Shown in pieces: positions 1 through 8,461 of a stretch of 64,000 nucleotides of DNA; position 1 is the stretch's first letter; each line of letters begins with the position of its first letter. The stretch is from a virus (taxonomy: Duplodnaviria > Caudoviricetes): IMG/VR virus record IMGVR_UViG_3300032257_000008, positions 9,024-73,023 of that record, one strand, 5' to 3'. The notes under the pieces were generated by a model, which was not told the origin of the DNA, searched no databases, and was given only the letters and a program-made list of their open reading frames with translations. Both the position numbers and the translations under genes were made by a program.

Positions 1-217
1 TAGCTGTCATACTATTCCCAGGTTTAGCTGGATCTGTACTCATTATCCGATTAACTTCTTCATCTGTCATTTCAAAAGGATTATTAGATGAAGCTGGCGG
101 TATTATACCTGGCCCAGTAGATTGCATAAGATCTGCTACTTTTTTCTCATAATCCCGGTATTGTATATTCCTACCTATTTCACGGATTCTATCGAACATA
201 CGTTTTTCATTACTCAT
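1..217 (-). CDS. hypothetical protein, runs off window start (MSNEKRMFDRIREIG...)
   Basis: ATG at 217 overlaps the stop of 214..522 (ATGA); the frame stays open to position 1. Confidence 0.6.
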   Translation of the reverse strand, partial: MSNEKRMFDRIREIGRNIQYRDYEKKVADLMQSTGPGIIPPASSNNPFEMTDEEVNRIMSTDPAKPGNSMTA

Positions 218-522
218 ACTTCACAACCTTTCACTAATGCCGTAAATTCAGGGCGTATCAACTGAGTCCCATAAAAATTACTAACACTAAAAATCTTTGG
301 TTCTCCAGCTGGGTAGAGAAGAAGATTTTCTATTTTCTCCTCTGCAGTGAGTACTTTTGGTTTACCGAACATGGTTTCTCTTACCCCAGTAATACCACTC
401 ATAGCATCCATTACATCATCATGAATAAACTTATCAGGACGCTCTATTTTAAAGTCTTTCATACCACGTATCAGATTTGCTGCCATTTTAGCTTGTAACT
501 CTATATTTCTATTAATAGCCAT
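214..522 (-). CDS. hypothetical protein
   Basis: 102-aa ORF in a chain of overlapping/abutting leftward ORFs. Confidence 0.7.
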   Translation of the reverse strand: MAINRNIELQAKMAANLIRGMKDFKIERPDKFIHDDVMDAMSGITGVRETMFGKPKVLTAEEKIENLLLYPAGEPKIFSVSNFYGTQLIRPEFTALVKGCEV

Positions 523-1015
523 CGTTTATAGCCCTCAGTACAGTTAATCTTTCTTCTGGACTTCTACCATCCAATTCATTAAATCCACGTTGATCCAGTT
601 CTCTTTGAATTCGCTCATCAACCCGACTATCACCTAAATTAATCCAGATACCATCACTTATACCTCGTATGACGTTATCACTTATAATTTTATAATGCGG
701 AAAGCGTAGTCCCCGGGCATAAGCCCAGGATCTTAATACATCACGTAAAGTTCTACCAATAATAAATATGGTTTTATTCAAGTATAGCCACTCACCACTG
801 TAATACTCATATAACCCGGGCTCTGAACCTGAGTAATACCAGTGATCATCATCTTTAGGGTCATCAGGGGGAACTTCACCAATATAAAGCCTTGGTAAAC
901 TTTCTCTGTAATCATTAGACTCTAAATTATCGGAAATAAGTAACTTAGCAGTTTCCTGCTTAATTTCTTCTTCCAGGTGTGCATTCATTGATGGCATATT
1001 TTTAAGTGGATTCAT
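512..1015 (-). CDS. hypothetical protein
   Basis: 167-aa ORF; TAATG coupling with the upstream ORF. Confidence 0.75.
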   Translation of the reverse strand: MNPLKNMPSMNAHLEEEIKQETAKLLISDNLESNDYRESLPRLYIGEVPPDDPKDDDHWYYSGSEPGLYEYYSGEWLYLNKTIFIIGRTLRDVLRSWAYARGLRFPHYKIISDNVIRGISDGIWINLGDSRVDERIQRELDQRGFNELDGRSPEERLTVLRAINDGY

Positions 1016-1311
1016 TAGCTTTGAGGGATATTACCGTAAGGGTATGGAAGGTCGTAATTAGTAAACATGGCTTTCATTATGTTATTTTTAAGCATATCTA
1101 ATTCTTGCCTGGTTACCGGACCTTGGTTACTCATGTCCTTAGTTTCCAAATTACTAACTTGAGCCTTAAGAGCAATAATGTCACCTTCTAATATACTAAT
1201 ACGTTCATCATATTCATCACGTAATTTCTGTATTAATTTTTGAGGATCCCATAAAAACTCAGCAACCTTAGATTGCTTTTCTTCTTCAGTTAACCCAGAT
1301 TCATCAATCAT
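1015..1311 (-). CDS. hypothetical coiled-coil protein
   Basis: 98 aa with heptad-like LRDEYDERISILEGDIIALKAQVSNLE; overlaps neighbours. Confidence 0.7.
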   Translation of the reverse strand: MIDESGLTEEEKQSKVAEFLWDPQKLIQKLRDEYDERISILEGDIIALKAQVSNLETKDMSNQGPVTRQELDMLKNNIMKAMFTNYDLPYPYGNIPQS

Positions 1312-1504
1312 AACCAGTTATCTCCTTCAGCTGATGCATGAAGTCACGAGCCGAATAGAATTTACTAAATTTAATTTTAGTATGTACAGTATTATCAGGC
1401 TTAAGAATTTTAATAATTAACTTCCCATCTTCAACAGACGGTACAGCTCTAACGTCATCTTCAAGCTCTATATGTTTTGTATTATTCTGTTCGTAAATAG
1501 GCAT
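1304..1504 (-). CDS. hypothetical protein, probably translated from a leaderless mRNA
   Basis: 66-aa ORF; no SD; ATG falls at the predicted +1 of the adjacent sigma70 promoter. Confidence 0.65.
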   Translation of the reverse strand: MPIYEQNNTKHIELEDDVRAVPSVEDGKLIIKILKPDNTVHTKIKFSKFYSARDFMHQLKEITGYD

Positions 1505-1510
1505 ACAAGG

Positions 1511-1539
1511 AATATAGCATTGAGGGTGTGTTTAGGCAA
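1511..1539 (-). promoter_or_regulatory. sigma70-type promoter TTGCCT-17-(TGc)TATATT
   Basis: Minus strand reads ttgcct aaacacaccctcaatgc tatatt, with an exact 17-nt spacer and an extended -10 TG. Confidence 0.65.
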
Positions 1540-1544
1540 ATTAA

Positions 1545-1870
1545 ATATAATATTTATTATTTATTATTTATAAGAAGCACTCAGATTAATGATTCCTCCG
1601 ATTACTCACGACTCCGCTCTCGCTGACGCTTCGCTCGTCGTTCCTAATCTCCTCCTCATTACTCTTCGCTTCTGAACCAAGGGAAAGACCTGGTAGATAG
1701 TATTGCCTCGCGCACGGGCGTATACAGATAGTATTAATATTTACTTATACAGGTTTTTCAAATTTTTCATATTGACTTGTGATGGTAGTACTTACTGAGC
1801 GAAGGCATCCCGTAGCGAAGTACCCCCCCTACAGCACTACAATAACGTTCCTTTTTAAACCCCTTTTTGT
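1545..1870. other. probable genome-end / terminal-repeat junction region
   Basis: Non-coding gap where leftward late genes meet the first rightward early gene; TTATT runs, a pyrimidine-skewed tract and inverted CTTCGCT/AGCGAAG heptamers; matches the N4 layout in a permuted assembly. Confidence 0.45.
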
Positions 1871-1909
1871 ACAGTGGAATATTCCAACTATTACCTGAGG
1901 TATAACATC

Positions 1910-2086
1910 ATGTGGCAAGATCTTAAGACAATCGTATCATCAATCACTGCAGTCATCACTTCAACAGCACGTACATGCGAGAAGACAGTCATGTTAGTCG
2001 AGAACGAAGTGGATAACCTAGATGCAGAGCAGAAGATTCGCTTAGCCGAAAATACTCAACGCAGACTCAAAGCAGAAGCAGAGTAG
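1910..2086 (+). CDS. first early gene, hypothetical (N4 gp1 position)
   Basis: ATG 1910 with GAGG SD; 58 aa; positional analogy only. Confidence 0.6.
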   Translation: MWQDLKTIVSSITAVITSTARTCEKTVMLVENEVDNLDAEQKIRLAENTQRRLKAEAE

Positions 2087-2092
2087 CCTACC

Positions 2093-2118
2093 TATACTCA
2101 CCCTAAGGGGTGGGTATA
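2093..2118 (+). terminator. 11-bp hairpin (TAAG loop) after the first early gene
   Basis: tatactcaccc-taag-gggtgggtata; no strong U tract, so could instead be a promoter or processing hairpin. Confidence 0.45.
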
Positions 2119-2123
2119 AACCC

Positions 2124-2149
2124 TTACACTTACACAACACATAAGATAG
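2124..2149 (+). repeat. 26-nt motif copy 1 (TTACACTTACACAaCACAtaAGATAG)
   Basis: 23/26 identical to 6033..6058; both follow a hairpin. Confidence 0.8.
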
Positions 2150-2247
2150 CGCGAAAGACTATTACTGTTAGCTCATGTACTACCTGTACTGTTCAGTACA
2201 ACTAAGCAGTGGCTTCTTGTTAAGTAGTAATTAACTAGGAGAGAATA

Positions 2248-2490
2248 ATGTCTGAAGCTTACATACTGTATAAACGTAATCCTATTACAAATAGTCCACC
2301 TATCATGCTTGATATATATGATAGTCATTTAGATATTAGATGTGCTGTGGGTGCACTAAATAGGTATGCACCTAAAGATGTTGAATACATCTACTCAGAA
2401 CATAACTCAGTAAATGAAGATGAACTTTCTGATAATGCTACGCCAGTAAAGTTCAATACTAATCATGTAATCAAACCCATTAATACTTAA
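2248..2490 (+). CDS. hypothetical early protein
   Basis: 80 aa, AGGAG SD. Confidence 0.75.
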   Translation: MSEAYILYKRNPITNSPPIMLDIYDSHLDIRCAVGALNRYAPKDVEYIYSEHNSVNEDELSDNATPVKFNTNHVIKPINT

Positions 2491-2503
2491 TTGGAGATAC
2501 ATC

Positions 2504-2821
2504 ATGTCACAATCAACTGAAGTAAAACTAGTAATGCCTATGGAATCATGTGAGTTCTATTCAGGTAGTCGTGTATTAGGGTTATCTTTAAACGTAGCCT
2601 TAAATACTGAAAAGGTTATTAAAGACCTTAATATCAGACCTTATATCATAGATAACATGAATCACTTCATTAAATGTATTGGTCTTACTAAGACTAAATT
2701 CATTATGGATATGGTAGAACATTATGAAGAATTCTACTGTATGCATGAAGAAGGGGAGCATGACTATGATCCTTCTAAGCCTGCTTGTGTACTTTCATTA
2801 ACTATCCATCATTATGGATAA
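2504..2821 (+). CDS. hypothetical early protein
   Basis: 105 aa, GGAG SD. Confidence 0.75.
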   Translation: MSQSTEVKLVMPMESCEFYSGSRVLGLSLNVALNTEKVIKDLNIRPYIIDNMNHFIKCIGLTKTKFIMDMVEHYEEFYCMHEEGEHDYDPSKPACVLSLTIHHYG

Positions 2822-2835
2822 CCTTACAATTAATT

Positions 2836-2859
2836 AAGAAGGCTCTTCGGAGCTTTCTT
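2836..2859 (+). terminator. C(UUCG)G hairpin
   Basis: aagaaggctc-ttcg-gagctttctt, 10-bp stem. Confidence 0.6.
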
Positions 2860-2878
2860 CTACTACTGGAGAAAGAAT

Positions 2879-3283
2879 ATGAATGATTTAACCATTAAAC
2901 CTATTACTCTTACCCTACAACAGCTATCTGATTATGCTGCGGGTAGTATAGGCGTTAGAACAGCTGGTAAACAGTTTCGTAATACCTCACCTGCCTTAGT
3001 CCTTATGGATGGTACAGACTTATCTGTGCAAGCTGGAGAATACTTGTATTCTGAACCTCGTGAGGACTTCGCTACACTATATACAGCCGTTGAAGTAGGT
3101 TTTCCTACCTTCGATGTACCGTTGGAATGGTTAGAGTATGCTGAAGACTCTAATAATCCTACTGGGACAGTATATCCATACATACCTATAGAAATGGTAT
3201 TAAAGTATATCAATGCTGTTGGTATTGATCCTAGTAAGTTCCCTGAAAACTTTATATTAGAACCTACCATTTCTAAAGTGTAA
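2879..3283 (+). CDS. hypothetical early protein
   Basis: 134 aa, GGAG SD. Confidence 0.75.
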   Translation: MNDLTIKPITLTLQQLSDYAAGSIGVRTAGKQFRNTSPALVLMDGTDLSVQAGEYLYSEPREDFATLYTAVEVGFPTFDVPLEWLEYAEDSNNPTGTVYPYIPIEMVLKYINAVGIDPSKFPENFILEPTISKV

Positions 3284-3284
3284 T

Positions 3285-3304
3285 AATAGCCCTTCGGGGT
3301 TATT
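3285..3304 (+). terminator. C(UUCG)G hairpin
   Basis: aatagccc-ttcg-gggttatt immediately after the stop codon. Confidence 0.55.
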
Positions 3305-3326
3305 AACTCTCAACTGGAGAACTACT

Positions 3327-3476
3327 ATGTCATTCAAAGTATACGCAGGCAACATGTATTGTGGTGTATTGGATATCGTTATCGATACTCACATATTCCA
3401 TAACTTAAACAATAAAATCAAAGCTGGTGAGTACATCAATAAGTATAAACAACTTAGATTAGTGAGGAATAACTAA
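3327..3476 (+). CDS. small hypothetical protein (49 aa; not in ORF track)
   Basis: GGAG SD, ATG 3327, TAATG coupling to the next ORF; MSFKVYAGNMYCGVLD... Confidence 0.6.
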   Translation: MSFKVYAGNMYCGVLDIVIDTHIFHNLNNKIKAGEYINKYKQLRLVRNN

Positions 3477-3733
3477 TGGAGCTAGGGATATTTATACCTA
3501 GTCTATTACTGTACTTCACATCAACGTTGTACATCATGATCTACCCTGAAAGACTATTCAATAAAGACAGTAGATATGCTCTACGTTTCATTGAGTGGTA
3601 TGAGTATCCACTGGCAGTAATAATGCTGCCTGCTGTTTACTTAGTATCAGTACAACTCCACCGTATTGAAGTACGTCGAAAGAAGCGAAACAAACTAAAA
3701 AAACTATTACTTGGAGAAACTAATGAGTATTAA
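3476..3733 (+). CDS. small membrane protein
   Basis: Two hydrophobic segments and a basic C-terminus. Confidence 0.65.
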   Translation: MELGIFIPSLLLYFTSTLYIMIYPERLFNKDSRYALRFIEWYEYPLAVIMLPAVYLVSVQLHRIEVRRKKRNKLKKLLLGETNEY

Positions 3734-3905
3734 AATGAATACTACTCGTAATAAGGCAGACTTCATTGCCTATCGTAAGACTCGAGAACGTAAGCTTGGT
3801 GTATGTCGTGGTGTGCCTAACGTACATCGAATACATCAAATCACTTGGAGAACATTCAGATGTTTTGATTGTGCTACTAAGCCTGTAAGGAGTAATGTAT
3901 GTTAA
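3723..3905 (+). CDS. small basic hypothetical protein
   Basis: ATG 3723 after GGAG; CxxC near the C-terminus. Confidence 0.55.
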   Translation: MSIKMNTTRNKADFIAYRKTRERKLGVCRGVPNVHRIHQITWRTFRCFDCATKPVRSNVC

Positions 3906-4130
3906 TTGTATTAAGCTTCTGGATACCCTTAGCTTTACTGTTTATTAGTACATCTCTTGTTCAGCCGGCATAACGTTCAGCCTATCATGGATATTTGATC
4001 TGTCAATACCCACATTTCACAATAACTATACTTATCAGTAAGTTACATATCATTGTATTTATTAATGGTAAATAACTTATTGATAGGTATTAACTGTTAG
4101 TTAGTACTCACTAACTTAGGAGCTATAAAA

Positions 4131-4349
4131 ATGACATTAACAATACAATTAGAATACTTTAAACGATCTGGTAAGTATTACTCTAGTGGTACGTTAGAGG
4201 TAGAGGTAGATTCTTACTATGAGGTGATAGATATAATACATCAACATATGATGTCTAAAACATTACCTGATCTAGTCCCTAACCATTCAGATTTCATTGT
4301 GCATGCTAATGAAGAAACTATTGGGTTTCCAATATTAATGGGGCTATAA
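4131..4349 (+). CDS. hypothetical protein
   Basis: AGGAG SD; 72 aa with YFKRSGKYY motif. Confidence 0.7.
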   Translation: MTLTIQLEYFKRSGKYYSSGTLEVEVDSYYEVIDIIHQHMMSKTLPDLVPNHSDFIVHANEETIGFPILMGL

Positions 4350-4350
4350 A

Positions 4351-4566
4351 ATGAATAGAGCTCAATTTGATAAACAAATGAAAGCTTATAATGTAGACAT
4401 GGCTGCTGCATTACTATGTAATCAAGAGATGTTAATACTACGTATACGCTCTCGTAAGATGCAGCTTGCACGTACATACTTCGAACAAGTGTATGGTAAG
4501 AAACAAATACCTGACTTCATAATGCAGAAGTACAAAATACCTTATAGGAGGTTCAGAAATGGCTAA
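4351..4566 (+). CDS. hypothetical protein
   Basis: 71 aa, abuts both neighbours. Confidence 0.65.
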   Translation: MNRAQFDKQMKAYNVDMAAALLCNQEMLILRIRSRKMQLARTYFEQVYGKKQIPDFIMQKYKIPYRRFRNG

Positions 4567-4966
4567 CCATTCAAGTAAGACTGGTAGATTCAACCATAAA
4601 TACCCAATGAATCAGATCATTAATATTGCTAAGAATATGGATGAAGCAAGAGTACAAGGATTGTCTCGTGGTAGTAGTAAGAACTCTGTATTCATGGAAC
4701 TATACAATGGTATGTTCATGGATAATGTGGATTATATTACAAATAAACCACAACCTCGTATTTATACCATTAAGTGGAAATATGATGCTGCAATGCGTAG
4801 ATACCAGAAGGCTAAAGCTGAAGCTTTACTACTTCAAGATGAAGACGCAATAAATGCATTAGTAGAACCAATACTAGATGTAGATTACCTTGATAACATG
4901 CCACAACCATCATGGCAGAAGATGCATCAGGGTAGACAGTCTAAGAAGCAACGGAGAAACAAATGA
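4559..4966 (+). CDS. hypothetical protein
   Basis: 135 aa, AGGAGG SD, overlaps neighbours. Confidence 0.75.
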   Translation: MANHSSKTGRFNHKYPMNQIINIAKNMDEARVQGLSRGSSKNSVFMELYNGMFMDNVDYITNKPQPRIYTIKWKYDAAMRRYQKAKAEALLLQDEDAINALVEPILDVDYLDNMPQPSWQKMHQGRQSKKQRRNK

Positions 4967-5253
4967 TTGAGATACCTAAGTATTACAATCCTGAATCCTG
5001 TGGTAGTACTTTCATGAAAGATATGGAGCTCATAGAGCAAGATATAATTCAAGCAGTACTACTTAATGATACTAATCTACTTAATAATCTAAAATATCGT
5101 AAAGGCAAGAAGTGTCGTAGATACTACTATAGGCTTTATGAACAACTAGGTACTCAAGTACCTGAGGAAATACAAAATGAAATTGATAAACTTATTGCTC
5201 ATCACGAGCTTATACCTAGTAACCAGTGGGTGCGTACCGTATTCGGAGAATAA
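4963..5253 (+). CDS. hypothetical protein
   Basis: 96 aa, GGAG SD, ATGA overlap. Confidence 0.65.
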   Translation: MIEIPKYYNPESCGSTFMKDMELIEQDIIQAVLLNDTNLLNNLKYRKGKKCRRYYYRLYEQLGTQVPEEIQNEIDKLIAHHELIPSNQWVRTVFGE

Positions 5254-5656
5254 CTGGGGAATGGGTTGGGAGCATGACTTCATCACTCCAATTGGTATTG
5301 AGTATCGATTAGACTATGGTATTACTACCTTCACAGCTGATGAGATTGAATACAATCTACAACTAATGGCTGAATGTATGGGTTATCCGGTACCGGACAA
5401 CAATAGTTTAATGATCGTAATAACTGATAAAGCTGGTCTTGATACTATTGGTGCTACATCCGGATCATGGGGAGTATTTAGATCATACCCTAATCTCATA
5501 GGTTTATGGGGTGGTACTCACTCCAATGAAGACTTTAGAGTAAACCATACAATGAAGCATGAGTTCTTGCATTACCTGTTGTATATCAACAATGGGCATG
5601 CAGATGATGGTCATCACAATACTCAGGCTAAAGCATGCCTGAATGGGTATGACTAA
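5177..5656 (+). CDS. putative lipoprotein zinc metallopeptidase (HExxH)
   Basis: MK + hydrophobic signal + TSG-C lipobox; HEFLH followed by a downstream His cluster; GAGG SD. Confidence 0.6.
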   Translation: MKLINLLLITSLYLVTSGCVPYSENNWGMGWEHDFITPIGIEYRLDYGITTFTADEIEYNLQLMAECMGYPVPDNNSLMIVITDKAGLDTIGATSGSWGVFRSYPNLIGLWGGTHSNEDFRVNHTMKHEFLHYLLYINNGHADDGHHNTQAKACLNGYD

Positions 5657-5790
5657 GTAGTAAGAGTTGCTTTTTGTAACATGAAGTGAAGAGTACTATG
5701 CACTTAATATCGTTAGTACCTTACCCATAGTATTGGGTTCGTATACAAACAAGGATGTTCTAATTACATAACTATGTAGGAGTAGTTAAA

Positions 5791-5997
5791 ATGGCATATG
5801 TCGAAGATGAAAATAGTGTTGTATGGGATGAAGCTGTAGCCGTTCATGAGTTCGGTGCAGAATATGTACAACAGAACTTTCGTAAGTTAAGTATCAATGA
5901 AACTATCTTGTTTGAGAACCAATCAGCGTTATCAAATGAGTTCTTTCGTGAACTACCTTTAACCCCATCAGCAGTGAAGCACTCTTTAGCTCACTAA
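5791..5997 (+). CDS. hypothetical protein
   Basis: 68 aa, AGGAG SD. Confidence 0.7.
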   Translation: MAYVEDENSVVWDEAVAVHEFGAEYVQQNFRKLSINETILFENQSALSNEFFRELPLTPSAVKHSLAH

Positions 5998-6003
5998 GTA
6001 ACT

Positions 6004-6023
6004 GGCGCCTGGCAACAGGCGTT
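6004..6023 (+). terminator. GCAA-tetraloop hairpin
   Basis: ggcgcctg-gcaa-caggcgtt followed by T-rich sequence. Confidence 0.55.
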
Positions 6024-6032
6024 TAGTTCTCT

Positions 6033-6058
6033 TTACACTTACACACCACACCAGATAG
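6033..6058 (+). repeat. 26-nt motif copy 2 (TTACACTTACACAcCACAccAGATAG)
   Basis: 23/26 identical to 2124..2149. Confidence 0.8.
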
Positions 6059-6170
6059 TTCACTATAGTCTGTCCCTATCGTTCTAACCTGAGTGATAGA
6101 GACTATCTATCAGCTTAACTTCTCTTTTTGTTAAATGATAATTAAATCAACTTTTAACTGGAGAGTTACA

Positions 6171-6422
6171 ATGGAACAAGTTCAATCAACTAATAAAGCT
6201 GGCGACAAAAAATCATCTAAAGGCTTCAGCCTCGTTATGGATGGTACAATCGTTGGGTTTTTAACAATCAATGAGCGCCTACCTGAAACTACTCAGGACG
6301 CTATGCAATTGGAAGCTAACATGAAAGCTGTACTAGCTTCTGGTGATCTTGTGTTTAAGCCTTATGGCCAGCAAGAAACTGGTACTCTGGATAATATCCT
6401 TGCGGGTACTACTACAGAGTAA
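6171..6422 (+). CDS. hypothetical protein
   Basis: ATG 6171 with GGAG SD; 83 aa. Confidence 0.7.
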   Translation: MEQVQSTNKAGDKKSSKGFSLVMDGTIVGFLTINERLPETTQDAMQLEANMKAVLASGDLVFKPYGQQETGTLDNILAGTTTE

Positions 6423-6468
6423 AAATATGAGCACCTTCGGGTGCTCTATTTCTGGTGGAGATAATGTC

Positions 6469-6657
6469 ATGTCATTTGAACAATGTATTACCTGTCGTTG
6501 GTATGTTTGTGTGGATAATGAGTTACATCATGTTGAATGGTGTGGCCATGAGTTAAATCCTGAACATAGTAAAGACAATACAACTGAAGAACTCTGTCCC
6601 ATTGTGGGAAAGCCTGAACCAAAGTACTTACATCATCCGGAGAAAGATAATGAATAA
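6469..6657 (+). CDS. small Cys-rich protein
   Basis: GGAG SD before ATG 6469; CITC...C...C...C. Confidence 0.55.
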   Translation: MSFEQCITCRWYVCVDNELHHVEWCGHELNPEHSKDNTTEELCPIVGKPEPKYLHHPEKDNE

Positions 6658-6973
6658 GAAGTCCCTGATAGAACTAGCTAAAGAACATGGTTACTCAAAG
6701 GCTGAATTTAAAGACGAGTTAATGTCTATATTCGGTGCACTTGCAATAGAAGATCTGGAGAGTCCAGACAATAAAGACAAGGTAGATAACATAGTTTATT
6801 TAGTTAAGGCTGATAGTACGTTACTAACTGTAGCTATCCGTAAAGGTGTACCTGAAGGGTTTCTTGAAGAAGTGGGTATTAAAATACCTGACGATGTTAA
6901 AGAAAAAGCTGATAACAGTGAACAAATAGTAGTAGATGCTATTAAAGCAGCTTCTAACGCAACAAAACATTAA
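6650..6973 (+). CDS. hypothetical protein
   Basis: ATG 6650 with GGAG SD; 107 aa. Confidence 0.7.
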   Translation: MNKKSLIELAKEHGYSKAEFKDELMSIFGALAIEDLESPDNKDKVDNIVYLVKADSTLLTVAIRKGVPEGFLEEVGIKIPDDVKEKADNSEQIVVDAIKAASNATKH

Positions 6974-6997
6974 TACCAACTAGTGGAGTAGGTAGTT

Positions 6998-7870
6998 ATG
7001 AACCAGTTACAAATAGAAGAGAAATATTCACGCAGAAATATCCGTAAAGTAGTCATGGCTGATGTAGGTCAGGACTCACCGGTATTTCATGCATGCGTGA
7101 AAGCTATTGAGTTCTACCGCAATACTAAGTACTACGATACTAAGACTAAACGTATTGAAGCTTTAAGTATTGATAGCCATAGTGCAGCTCTGGAAGTATT
7201 CATTGCTGTATTACCTATCAAAGAATTAAGCCCAATACAGTCTGTTGCTACGCAAATAGGTAACCGTCTTGGATACCAAGCAGTACTTGATGGTGTTAAA
7301 ACAGCTGCAGAGATAATGGCAGTATGTGAAGCCTCAGGCTTATATACGCTGTATCACTCAACGAGTCCGGATAATGATACTGGTACGTTAGGTGTTAAGC
7401 CTAATTACAAGCTCAGCAGCGATACAGAGGCTTTCATTGCTAAAACGATGTATCTACCTCCTATGATTCAGGAACCTGAAGAATGGACAGATAATGCACA
7501 TGGTGGCTATCTGGAAGGTACTGGCTCAGTGATACTGGGAAACATTAACCATCATCATGAAAACCAAGCACTTGATGCTATCAATATCATTCAACGTATC
7601 CCTTGGGAGTTGAATATAGATATGCTCGAGTACGAAGAATGTCCTAATAAAACTCTGGATACCCCAGACAAGACTAAGCAATTCAATGATATGAAGCATA
7701 AATCACGCTCTGTATATGATGAAATGCTTGGGTTAGGTAACCGATTCTTCTTCACTTGGAAATATGACAAACGTGGACGTATGTACTCTCAGGGTTATCA
7801 CATTAACCTTCAATCAACAGAGTATAAGAAGTCTATTCTTCAATTCTCAAATAAGGAACTGATATGTTAA
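6998..7870 (+). CDS. RNA polymerase II subunit 1 (N4 gp15-like, N-terminal part of a T7-type RNAP)
   Basis: YLPPMIQEP, WKYDKRGRMYSQGYHINLQSTEYKK (T7-family DxRGRxY motif). Confidence 0.92.
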   Translation: MNQLQIEEKYSRRNIRKVVMADVGQDSPVFHACVKAIEFYRNTKYYDTKTKRIEALSIDSHSAALEVFIAVLPIKELSPIQSVATQIGNRLGYQAVLDGVKTAAEIMAVCEASGLYTLYHSTSPDNDTGTLGVKPNYKLSSDTEAFIAKTMYLPPMIQEPEEWTDNAHGGYLEGTGSVILGNINHHHENQALDAINIIQRIPWELNIDMLEYEECPNKTLDTPDKTKQFNDMKHKSRSVYDEMLGLGNRFFFTWKYDKRGRMYSQGYHINLQSTEYKKSILQFSNKELIC

Positions 7871-8142
7871 ATAGTTATCAACAATTTAAAAAAGATTTTA
7901 AGGACTTCATAATGTATTTTGTATTCGGCATCATATTCTGGGTAACCATAGCTAATCTATTTGAGATTGGGTATGACAGTACTGATAGTGAAGAAGGTCG
8001 TAGTGGTCTGCGACTATTCACTGATGATCTCACTGGTTGCCAGTACTTAGGTACTGCTATGGGTGGTATCACTCCCAGACTGAACGAAGAGTCTCAACAT
8101 ATATGTGATGAAGAGGCTGAAATACAACGGTTACAGATATGA
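7864..8142 (+). CDS. membrane-anchored hypothetical protein between the RNAP subunits
   Basis: One TM segment, then DSTD...RSGLRLFTDDLTGCQYL...GGITPRL. Confidence 0.65.
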   Translation: MLNSYQQFKKDFKDFIMYFVFGIIFWVTIANLFEIGYDSTDSEEGRSGLRLFTDDLTGCQYLGTAMGGITPRLNEESQHICDEEAEIQRLQI

Positions 8143-8408
8143 GAAAACGTGTTAATTCCCATAAATGGTTAATTGCCACTGAGGTCATTAGTTGTCCTCA
8201 TTGTGGTAGTAAAGATGTCTACATTCACAATCCGATACAACATGATAGAAGTAGTGATAAACAAGATCATAAGTATCTTCTATTAGATGTTCAATTGAGA
8301 TGTAGGAACTGTCAGGAAAATGTACTGCTGTATATACAGATCCCATTAAAAAACTTAATTATAGAGAGGGTGAAACTTGAAGAACTCATCGAAAATAACA
8401 CAGGCTGA
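8139..8408 (+). CDS. zinc-ribbon protein between the RNAP subunits
   Basis: CPHC...CRNC; ATGA overlap. Confidence 0.6.
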   Translation: MRKRVNSHKWLIATEVISCPHCGSKDVYIHNPIQHDRSSDKQDHKYLLLDVQLRCRNCQENVLLYIQIPLKNLIIERVKLEELIENNTG

Positions 8409-8461
8409 TCTTATGAACCAAACTAATCTCAGAACAATAACTTATGTAGGAGTAAGTACAA

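Noticed and set aside
1772-1800. TTGACT as a rightward sigma70 -35 box
   Set aside because: No acceptable -10 at a 16-18-nt spacing
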